A DNA stretch of 32,000 nt, from contig CP042461.1 of NCBI GenBank assembly GCA_004563595.2, positions 90,001 through 122,000 of the forward strand, written 5' to 3'. Shown piece after piece: positions 24,969 through 32,000 of the stretch (its first letter is position 1; each line of letters begins with the position of its first letter). The notes under the pieces are model-generated. The model searched no databases. It had not been told where the DNA came from and worked only from the letters and a program-made list of their open reading frames with translations. A program made the translations under genes and the position numbers. Origin of the DNA: Candidatus Saccharimonadota bacterium (GTDB lineage Bacteria; Patescibacteriota; Gracilibacteria; BD1-5; UBA6164).

Positions 24969-25664
24969 TTATTTTTCTTCAGTAGACATATCAAGTTTAA
25001 TTGATGGCCCCATAGCGTTACAGATAAATACAGAGTTGATGTATTTTCCTTTTGACCCAGCTGGTTTTATATCTTCCATAAGTTTTAAGAAAAATTCTAA
25101 GTTTTGGATTAATTTTTCAGTTCCGAAAGATAGTTTTCCAAAAATTGTATGAACATTCCCTTGTTTATCATTTTTGAATTCAAATTTACCTGCAGCAATT
25201 TCTTTTGTGATTGCAAGTAGATCTGGACCAACAGTACCAGCTTTAGGGTTAGGCATAAGACCTTTAGGTCCTAATATTCTAGCAATTTTCCCTAGGTGTC
25301 TCATCATTGAAGGAGATGCAATACATACATCAAAATCAAGTGCAACGTTTCCGTTAGCGATATCATCAATTAATTCTTCGCTCCCAGCAACTGTCGCTCC
25401 TGCATCAGTTAACTCTTTTGCATTTCCATCAGTGAAAGCACAGATTTTAGAAACTTTACCAGATCCGTTTGGTAAAGAAATAGTAGATCTAACCATTTGA
25501 TCAGCATGTTTTGGATCAAGGTTTAAGTTCAAATGTATTTCTACAGTAGGGTCAAACTTAACAGTGTTTGTTTTTTCTAATAATTCAACTGCTTCTGCAA
25601 CTGAGTAAGCCATTTCAGAGTTAACTAACTCTACAGCTTTGTTATATTTTTTACCTCTTGCCAT
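24969..25664 (-). CDS. rplA: 50S ribosomal protein L1
   Basis: Intact 231-aa ORF: MARGKKYNKAVELV...KFDPTVEIHLNLNLDPKHADQMVRSTISLPNGSGK...ILGPKGLMPNPKAGTV. It uses AGA for Arg like the host, but none of its roughly 19 Gly codons is TGA. Confidence 0.93.
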   Translation of the reverse strand: MARGKKYNKAVELVNSEMAYSVAEAVELLEKTNTVKFDPTVEIHLNLNLDPKHADQMVRSTISLPNGSGKVSKICAFTDGNAKELTDAGATVAGSEELIDDIANGNVALDFDVCIASPSMMRHLGKIARILGPKGLMPNPKAGTVGPDLLAITKEIAAGKFEFKNDKQGNVHTIFGKLSFGTEKLIQNLEFFLKLMEDIKPAGSKGKYINSVFICNAMGPSIKLDMSTEEK

Positions 25665-25697
25665 GTGTGAAATTTTTATAAATATAAAGGTAGTAAC

Positions 25698-25726
25698 GTC
25701 TTCGGGAGCTTTCGCTCATATCAGAC
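25698..25726 (-). promoter_or_regulatory. Candidate structured 5' leader of rplA
   Basis: Minus-strand RNA GUCU-GAUAU-GAGC-GAAA-GCUC-CCGA-AGAC forms two nested helices capped by a GAAA tetraloop. The element ends 34 nt upstream of the rplA ATG. Confidence 0.3.
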
Positions 25727-25754
25727 TTCCTTTTCAGGTGCAGGGATTATATGG

Positions 25755-25773
25755 AAAAAAAGGAGAAAGTAAA
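25755..25773. repeat. Left copy of the imperfect direct repeat flanking the PAICS-like cassette
   Basis: AAAAAAAGGAGAAAGTAAA here versus AAAAAAAGAAAAAGTAAA at 27224-27241. The two differ by one substitution and one 1-nt indel. Confidence 0.4.
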
Positions 25774-25794
25774 GTTTATTTTTTACATGTTAAA

Positions 25795-25820
25795 GGCCTA
25801 TTCGCTTTTGCGAATAGGCC
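25795..25820 (-). terminator. GC-rich hairpin 12 nt downstream of the PAICS-like gene stop codon
   Basis: GGCCTATTCGC-TTTT-GCGAATAGGCC is a perfect 11-bp stem. On the minus strand only UUU follows it. Confidence 0.5.
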
Positions 25821-25832
25821 AGTTAGTATGAG

Positions 25833-27134
25833 CTATGAATTTACCACTTCTTCCATTTCATACTGCCGATGCATATATGCGATCGGGTTTGTCATGGAAA
25901 GGATATTCAAAGCATTTAGTACTGCATTTTTTGGATTTACTACAGTCGCTGCTGGAACATTTGAAGGAAGTCTGAGACTACTCCAAACATCTTCAGGGTG
26001 CTCATCAAGACTAGGTGGACAGTTAATAACCGGCCAAATAGTTTGAGCACTGAGAATTGGTCCGAGACCATTACTCATTCCTGCCATAGCAATAATGACA
26101 GCACCTTGTGGATATTTTGCTTCTAGTTCATTGAGTTTTTCAAGAACAAGAGCAGGTTTTTTGTGAGCAGAAAGTGTTACTTCCTCCACTGAAATACCGG
26201 ATATATTTGGTACCTCAGGGGATTTATCGTTTGGAGATCCACGCCATAGAATAATGGCTTGTTCAGGAATTAAAGGTAAATTATTACTGAGTATAGAAAC
26301 CCGGTTATATTTACCTTCAACTTCTGCTAGTGGACTGCCATCACGAAAAGACTGTTTACTTACATCTTTCCAATTAGGTGTTCTCAATCGAGCACTATCA
26401 CTATCAATTACATCAGATACTACTAAGTGACCTTTCCAATCAATTCCAAATTCGATTTTGAAATCAACGTAACGGTAACCAAGTTTTTTCCAAGCACCTT
26501 CAAGAACTAAAAACACTTTGCGTGTAAGTTGTTCAATTTTAGATACTTGTATTCCTTGGAGTACTTTTTCAGCTATGATGCTTATTTCTAAATTAGCACT
26601 TGCTTCATGACGTTGTTGTTTTGGTTGATATAGATCCCAAGTTTCATCATATGGATTGATAATAAAGGGATCTTCAACTGGAACGTCTTGTAATAGTACT
26701 TCTTTATTTCGAAGACATGCACCACCAGTCGTTTTTAAAAATAATTCGAAAACTAAATTTGAAGAACGTTTGGGGTTTTTACCTTCAGTTGGTTTCAGAT
26801 GAGGACATCTTTTTAGAGAGCTTCCATCAAAGTAGCGACGAATAATCACTTCAAGAGGGATCATCTCAGTTTTTTTTGCAACGAATGAATCTTCTGTATG
26901 ACGAGCAATAAAAGCTGTTGGAATGCCAGCTTTTTCAAGGAGTTCAAATGAGTTACAGGTTGTATTTGTAGCAAATATTGCTTTTGATGCAAAGCTTTTA
27001 GTAAGACTTGGATCATCATTTGCAGTAATAGCATTATTATTTCTGATAATACATTTGTTGGGATCACCATCAACCTCTAGGAGGCTTTTAGTTTTTCCAC
27101 TTTCAATTTCAGGACCTTCTTGATATTGTGACAT
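25833..27134 (-). CDS. Bifunctional SAICAR synthetase (PurC-like N-terminus) fused to a class-II-type AIR carboxylase (PurE-like C-terminus), the PAICS/ADE2-like architecture
   Basis: The N-terminal part (GKTKSLLEV...AITANDD...AGIPTAFIA...EMIPLEVIIRRYFDGSSLKR...VDFKIEFGID...VSDVIDSDSARL) is SAICAR-synthase-like. The C-terminal part (VTLSAHKKP...IAMAGMSNGLGPILSAQTIWPVINCPP...DVWSSLRLPS) carries the SNGLGP signature I recall from class II PurE/human PAICS, not the AAHLPGM of class I. GGAGG lies 8 nt upstream of the ATG at 27134; an alternative ATG is at 27149. No TGA in about 434 codons. About 12 of 16 Arg codons are CGN. Ends in TAG at 25833-25835. Confidence 0.85.
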   Translation of the reverse strand: MSQYQEGPEIESGKTKSLLEVDGDPNKCIIRNNNAITANDDPSLTKSFASKAIFATNTTCNSFELLEKAGIPTAFIARHTEDSFVAKKTEMIPLEVIIRRYFDGSSLKRCPHLKPTEGKNPKRSSNLVFELFLKTTGGACLRNKEVLLQDVPVEDPFIINPYDETWDLYQPKQQRHEASANLEISIIAEKVLQGIQVSKIEQLTRKVFLVLEGAWKKLGYRYVDFKIEFGIDWKGHLVVSDVIDSDSARLRTPNWKDVSKQSFRDGSPLAEVEGKYNRVSILSNNLPLIPEQAIILWRGSPNDKSPEVPNISGISVEEVTLSAHKKPALVLEKLNELEAKYPQGAVIIAMAGMSNGLGPILSAQTIWPVINCPPSLDEHPEDVWSSLRLPSNVPAATVVNPKNAVLNALNILSMTNPIAYMHRQYEMEEVVNS

Positions 27135-27194
27135 AGTAGATGCCTCCATAGGATTATTGTATGTCGTTTTCCGTTTTATTATAAAACGGACCTT

Positions 27195-27222
27195 ATTATA
27201 TAAAATAGTGTTTATTAGTCAA
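27195..27222 (-). promoter_or_regulatory. Near-consensus sigma-70-type promoter for the PAICS-like gene
   Basis: On the minus strand, TTGACT (27222-27217), a 16-nt spacer, then TATAAT (27200-27195). An 8-bp hairpin, TCCGTTTT-ATTAT-AAAACGGA, follows at 27170-27190. Confidence 0.55.
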
Positions 27223-27223
27223 T

Positions 27224-27241
27224 AAAAAAAGAAAAAGTAAA
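27224..27241. repeat. Right copy of the imperfect direct repeat flanking the PAICS-like cassette
   Basis: AAAAAAAGAAAAAGTAAA, directly abutting the yidD stop codon (27243-27245). Compare with 25755-25773. Confidence 0.4.
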
Positions 27242-27242
27242 A

Positions 27243-27491
27243 TTACTTTTCTTTTTCTACAGGATCATAGCCTCATTTATTCCAAGGCATACATCTCAGA
27301 ATTCTTCATATTCACTTTATCGTTCATTTAAAGGCTCATTTTTTTTCTATTGATTCAACCATATATTGACTACAACTTGGGATATGCTTGCAGTATGGAG
27401 GATTATTTTTTGCCCAAAAAGAATGATCAGGGGAGATGTATCTTTGGTATATTTTTACTATTTTTATTAATTTATTTTGTACTATATTCAT
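27243..27491 (-). CDS. yidD: Membrane protein insertion efficiency factor YidD
   Basis: 82 aa. YQRYISPDHSFWAKNNPPYCKHIPSCSQYMVESIEKK(G)AFK(G)TIK(G)I(G)RILRCMPWNK(G)GYDPV matches the YidD/UPF0161 signature. Confidence 0.85.
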
Positions 27492-27494
27492 ATA

Positions 27495-27764
27495 TTATGC
27501 AGCTTCTAACTCTTTATTTGATAAGTTAAGTTGTTCGATTTTCTTTTTTGCAAAATTTGCTTGAGAGTTATCTCAAATATTTTTGAGTAATTCTCTAAAA
27601 GTTTTCATAGTAATACTAATTTTATAGCCTCATTCATCATTAATTATTTGATCGAGACTTTCTTTAATAGTATGTATTCCATATTCATTTTTTTTTGATT
27701 GATTAGGCGTTTGTACAACTATCTCCATTTCTCTATCTGAATAATTGTCATAGTAATTTAGCAT
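27495..27764 (-). CDS. Hypothetical protein (89 aa)
   Basis: ATG at 27764. The TAA at 27495-27497 lies 3 nt before the yidD start, suggesting translational coupling. Three TGA=Gly codons. No recognisable domain; it does not resemble RnpA. Confidence 0.5.
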
Positions 27765-27970
27765 AATACATTATATTAAAAAATATTATATTCAAAAAAA
27801 AAGAACTAGTAAATAGCTCTTTTAGGGAATTGAATAATTTGAGAAGAAGTAAATTCTTCATGTGTAGTTGCAGGAGATGTATTATATATATGAATCATTT
27901 ACGATTATTATGAAATATACATCTGTCCTATTATATATTTAAAATTATTTTGTCAAAGAATTTTAAACAA

Positions 27971-27995
27971 AAAAAAGAACAGGCATCATGCCTAT
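27971..27995 (-). terminator. Small terminator after rplT
   Basis: On the minus strand, AGGCA-UGA-UGCCU followed by GUUCUUUUUUUU. Confidence 0.5.
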
Positions 27996-27997
27996 CC

Positions 27998-28342
27998 TTA
28001 TTTTACAAAAGTTACAATGTTTGAAAATACTTGTGGATTTGTGATAGCTAAGTTTGAAAGAACTTTTCTGTTTAAAGTAACTTTCTTTAGGTACATAGCA
28101 CCAATAAGCTTAGAATAGCTCAGTCCATTTTCTCTAGCAGCAATATTAATTCTTACTGTCCATAGTCTTCTGAAATCTCTTTTCTTTCTTTTTCTTCAGA
28201 TATATGAGTTTAGACCAGCTTTCATCCAAGCATTTTTAGCTCTACTAAAAACCCTAGAATTTAATAATCTATACCCTTTTGTAGCTTTTAATAGTTTTTT
28301 ATGTCTTTTCTTAGTCATTAAACCTCTTTTTACTCTAACCAT
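27998..28342 (-). CDS. rplT: 50S ribosomal protein L20
   Basis: MVRVKRGLMTKKRHKKLLKATKGYR...RDFRRLWTVRINIAARENGLSYSKLI. 114 aa. TAA at 27998-28000. Confidence 0.93.
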
Positions 28343-28397
28343 CTTAGTTGTTTACGGATTTAAAAATACTTTATTTATTGTTTAGAAAATCAATCTA

Positions 28398-28592
28398 TTA
28401 CCCGTGAGGTAATTGTTGTTTAATTTTCTTTACTTCAGATTTAGATACGATAAGACCGTATTTATTTCTTCCTTTTGCTTTTTGACTTTTATTACTCAAT
28501 AAATGCCTTTTACAAGCTTTTCCAAGTTTAAATTTACCAGTACCAGTAACTTTAACTCTTTTTTTAACTCAACTTCTTGTTTTTAAAGTCAT
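28398..28592 (-). CDS. rpmI: 50S ribosomal protein L35
   Basis: MTLKTRS(G)VKKRVKVTGTGKFKLGKACKRHLL. 64 aa. Confidence 0.9.
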
Positions 28593-28615
28593 TGTTATGT
28601 AATTATTAATTTAAA

Positions 28616-29128
28616 TTATTTAATTGGTTTCAACATACATGAGAAAGTGTTCCCACTTTTTTTCACCTGTCATTCTAATTTGTAGACTTCTGTGAGACTC
28701 ATAACAAATCTTGTCATTTTTTCTTCTGCGATCTCAGTATATTGATTTTCTCTTCATCTTAACATTAAAGTAATCTTTAATGGATGGTGAGCTAATCCAA
28801 ACTTTTCAGCTTGTTTTCTTCTAATATCTAGATCGTGTTCTCAGATTTTAAAAGTAATTCTGAGAGTTTTCAAGTCAGGGGCTTTCCCTTTTGCCTTATT
28901 TTTTTGATCTTGTTTTTTTTGTTTATACAAAAACTTTCAATAATCAAGAATTTTAACGATAGCTACATCTCAACTCTTTCACATTTCCATGAGGTCTAGA
29001 CTTTGTTCTTCTGCTCTTACTCTTGCCTCATTTATTGACATTTCACCTAAATTTTCTCAACTATCAGTGATAAGTTGAACTGTTCTTGCTCTGATGTCTC
29101 TATTTAAGATCCTTTTTTTGTCCTTCAC
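28616..29128 (-). CDS. infC: Translation initiation factor IF-3
   Basis: (GTG)KDKKRILNRDIRARTVQLITDS(G)ENLGEMSINEARVRAEEQSLDLMEM...VAIVKILDY(G)KFLYKQKK...LKTLRITFKI(G)EHDLDIRRKQAEKF. The GTG at 29128 immediately follows an in-frame TAA, so it is the first possible start. TAA at 28616-28618. Confidence 0.9.
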
Positions 29129-29145
29129 TTATGTTAATTAAGAAA

Positions 29146-29445
29146 TTAAGATATTGTTTTTATCATTCTAACAAACTTAGCTTTTTTTCTTGAACCGTTA
29201 TTCTTGTGAATTATATTCTTTTTTACTAATTTATCAATAATAGCTTGTAAACCTGCTTTTACAGTTTTACCATCTTTATCTTTTGTGTTTGTGAAAATTT
29301 CTTTTGCAAGTTTTGCGTCTGCTACTTTAATAGCTTCTTCAAAAGATCTTCTAGTTTCTCTGTAAAGACCTCTAAAATGATCATTTCTTGATTTTTTTTT
29401 CTTATTTTGTCTGAGTTGTTTTTTTGCTGATTTAATTATTGGCAT
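29146..29445 (-). CDS. rpsT: 30S ribosomal protein S20
   Basis: Intact ORF: MPIIKSAKKQLRQNKKKKSRNDHFRGLYRETRRSFEEAI. This has S20-like composition and N-terminus. Confidence 0.85.
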   Translation of the reverse strand: MPIIKSAKKQLRQNKKKKSRNDHFRGLYRETRRSFEEAIKVADAKLAKEIFTNTKDKDGKTVKAGLQAIIDKLVKKNIIHKNNGSRKKAKFVRMIKTIS

Positions 29446-29534
29446 ACAAAAATTTCATAAATATTAAATGTTTTTGTGATTAAATAACCATAGTTGAGGA
29501 TAGGGTTATTTGAATCAGTCTACTTCGTGCGAAG

Positions 29535-29562
29535 ATTATATGAAATATAAGACAATAGTCAA
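29535..29562 (-). promoter_or_regulatory. Near-consensus promoter for rpsT-infC-rpmI-rplT
   Basis: On the minus strand, TTGACT (29562-29557), a 16-nt spacer, then TATAAT (29540-29535). The 5' UTR contains the hairpin AAATAACC..GGTTATTT. Confidence 0.5.
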
Positions 29563-29579
29563 AAGTTTTTTTCTGAATT

Positions 29580-31916
29580 TTATCTGAGCTCTCAACCTTT
29601 TTTTTCTACTTTTTTTATAATTTCTTGGATGAGTTCATTTTTGATTTTATCATCAAGAGTTTTTTCCATTGATTGAATAAAAATTTTGAATGTGAGACTT
29701 CTTTTTCAAGGAAATTTATCCTCGTTTTCATATATATCAATAAGTTCTACTTTGTTAATAATCTCATTATTTGCTTTTTCAATGGTAGAATGAATATCTT
29801 TTCATTTTATGTTTTTATCTACTACAAAGTTCAGATCAAAGTTATTTTCTTGAAATTCGGAAATTTCTTTTGATTTTACTTTAGAGTAAAGTGAGCTCTC
29901 TAACTCATTAATATTGATTTCAAAGAATCAAACTCTCTCTTTGAGGTCAAAGTTTTTTGCAATTTTTGGATGTACTTCTCATAGAGTACCAATAGCTTTT
30001 CCTCTTACGATGAGTGATGCAACCCTTCATCAATGAGAATATGAGGGAGCTGATTGAGTGCTATCAAAATGAAACTTATCTACTCATACTGAGAGTAAAA
30101 AATTTGACACAATATTTTGAATTTCGTAATATACATTTTCTCCTTTATTTGTAGTGACTCATGCAATAGAATAATTTTCCATAATATCTGAATCTGCTCT
30201 CTTGAATACTTTCTCTATTTCAAATAATTTAAGAGTATCAAAGTCTCTTATATTTTTTTCAAGAGAGAGCATAAGATTAGGAATAAGACTTCACCTCATA
30301 TGACTCAGCTCTTCACTGAGTGGATTTTTCATTGGAACCAAGTTGGAAACATCAGAATCAAGTTTTTCCATTAATTCTAGATTCACAAAAGAATAGGTAT
30401 ACATATCAAAGAATCATGTATTACAAAAGAAGTCTTTTGCATCATTTTTTATTTTGTATGTATTTGTTTGACTAATAGCTCAAAGGTTAATTCTTGGCAC
30501 CGTTGCAACTACATTATTATAACCATGGATTCTTGCTATTTCTTCAGCGATATCAGCTTTGTAGACTAAGTCTTTTCTCCAAAATGGAATAATAAGGTTT
30601 TCTGATTGAAGTTGTATTCATAGGTTTTCTAAAATAGATAGTATTTCAATTTCAGAATAATTACTTCAAATAATTTTATTTATGAAGTCCACATCATGAG
30701 GGATAGCGAGTTCTTTTTGTATGTTTGGATATATATCGGAGTATGATATTAATGAAATTCAGTCTAGATTTTTTTCTAATTCTGTTACGATAAGACTTAT
30801 TCACGCATCTTGCATTCCATTTACGATATCTTTTTCGAATACATTGAGTGAATCAGTCCTAATTCATAACTTTTTTCATGTTTTTCTAATAATGGCTTGA
30901 TCAAAATGAGCTGATTCTATGATAATTGAGGTTGTTGCATCAGAAACTGAACTTTCTTTTCATCCAATGATTCATCCCAGGGCAAGTACTTTTGAATCAT
31001 CAGCAATAACAATATCTTTTGTAGATAATTCATATTCTGAATCATTTAATGCTAGAAATTTTTCTCATTGGGTTGCATATCTAATAGTTATATTTCATTC
31101 TATTTTATCTGCATCAAAACAATGAGTAGGTTGACCATAGAGATAGAGAGCGTAATTAGAGATATCTATAAGGATTCATTTTGATGTTGTATCTGCTGAT
31201 AATAAAATTTGTTTTATATATTCAGGAGATTCTATATTTTTTACCCCATTTATTTGTAATCCAATATATCTTGTAACTACATCTGTAATATCATTTTTGA
31301 TTCCCAAGTCAGGAAGCTTTGAGAAGTCTTTTTTTGCATATTCAAACTCAAATTCTTGACCATTAATAGCATAAAGCTCTCTAATAATTCATATATGACT
31401 AAATAAGTCAGGTCTATGATTGATAGCTTTGTTATCTACTTCTAAAATAGCATCATCTTTTTGAAGGTACTCTCTCATATTCATTCCTAGAGGGGCATCA
31501 GTAGGGAGTTCTAATATTCCGATTTGTCTTTCTTCATTGAGTCAAAGCTCATCTTCACTACAAATCATTCATTCACTTACTTCTCCTCTAATTTTTGTTT
31601 TTGAAATAGTGAAATCTGGAGCTAGCTGAGCTCATACTAAAGCAACAGGTACTTTTATACCAGCTTTTACGTTTGGAGCTCCACATACAATTGGGTATAT
31701 TTTTCAGCTTACTTCTACAGTTGTACAGTTTAATTTTTCTGAATCAGGATGTTTTTCACAAGTTTTTACTTCTCAAATAAAAACTCACTTTAAATTATCG
31801 CCTTCATATATGATGTCCTCAACTTCAGCTGTATGCATGATTAAATCTTGAGCTACATCTTCAGGAGACTTAATATCGGATATATAGTCTTTTAGAACTT
31901 TGTATGAAATTTTCAC
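29580..31916 (-). CDS. pheT: Phenylalanyl-tRNA synthetase beta subunit
   Basis: (GTG)KISYKVLKDYI.., then a tRNA-binding domain (KTCEKHPDSEKLNCTTVEV..IVCGAPNV), B3/4 and B5 regions, and a C-terminal FDX-ACB-like domain. I scanned all 779 codons: no TAA or TAG until the TAA at 29580-29582. GTG start at 31916. Confidence 0.9.
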
Positions 31917-32000
31917 TTTCGTATTTTTAAGTTACACTGTAAATTATTGAGCTAAATATATGCAAAAAATGGCAAAAGGCAAGGGGAGAGTAAAATAAAA

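Noticed and set aside
24955-27123. ORFs 24955-25152(+), 25174-25500(+), 25639-26046(+), 26861-27073(-) and 26923-27123(+).
   Set aside because: They overlap rplA and the PAICS-like gene on the opposite strand or out of frame. The long open frames are a by-product of the higher G+C and lack of stops around strongly supported genes.
27225-27256. AT-rich hairpin overlapping the yidD stop codon, considered as a terminator.
   Set aside because: The stem is only about 7-8 A/T base pairs with a 2-nt loop, which is too weak to call. I kept the region only as part of the direct-repeat observation.
29673-31125. Plus-strand ORFs 29673-29873 and 30919-31125.
   Set aside because: They are antisense to pheT, whose 779-codon frame I verified to be free of TAA/TAG.
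31917-32000. Possible 3' end of pheS or another gene upstream of pheT.
   Set aside because: None of the three minus-strand frames shows the conserved PheS C-terminus. The 84 nt available are too few to call a partial coding region.

Overview
This AT-rich bacterial segment only makes sense if TGA is read as glycine (NCBI translation table 25, used by Gracilibacteria and Absconditabacteria/SR1 of the Candidate Phyla Radiation). The supplied six-frame track uses the standard code, so it fragments almost every real gene. I re-derived gene boundaries by hand with TGA=Gly. All roughly 39 coding regions then close on TAA or TAG, and none needs TGA as a stop.

Gene content, in order:
- A concatenated ribosomal-protein and rpoA block: rpsK-rpsD-rpoA-rplQ-rplM-rpsI-rpsL-rpsG-rpmA.
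- A small stand-alone ORF with foreign codon usage, then a GlmU-like nucleotidyltransferase on the minus strand.
- gyrA.
- A 1032-codon orphan ORF (minus strand) that the standard-code track splits into pieces.
- alaS and a yvcK/CofD-like gene, followed by several small hypothetical genes.
- recR, an ftsL-like gene and rsmH (minus strand).
- A suf Fe-S operon: sufC, sufB, an A-type carrier, a short sufD, a secreted thioredoxin-like protein, ccdA, sufU and an Rrf2 regulator.
- A minus-strand translation cluster: pheT, rpsT, infC, rpmI, rplT, a hypothetical gene, yidD, then rplA.

The most interesting feature lies between yidD and rplA. It is a self-contained cassette carrying a fused SAICAR-synthetase / class-II-PurE-like gene with the architecture of animal PAICS. 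The gene has no TGA codons, mostly CGN arginine codons (the host uses AGA almost exclusively) and higher G+C on the lines I sampled. It also has its own consensus promoter, GGAGG ribosome-binding site and GC-rich hairpin, and is bracketed by 18-19 nt imperfect direct repeats.

I could not support any rRNA, tRNA, CRISPR array or recognisable transposase.
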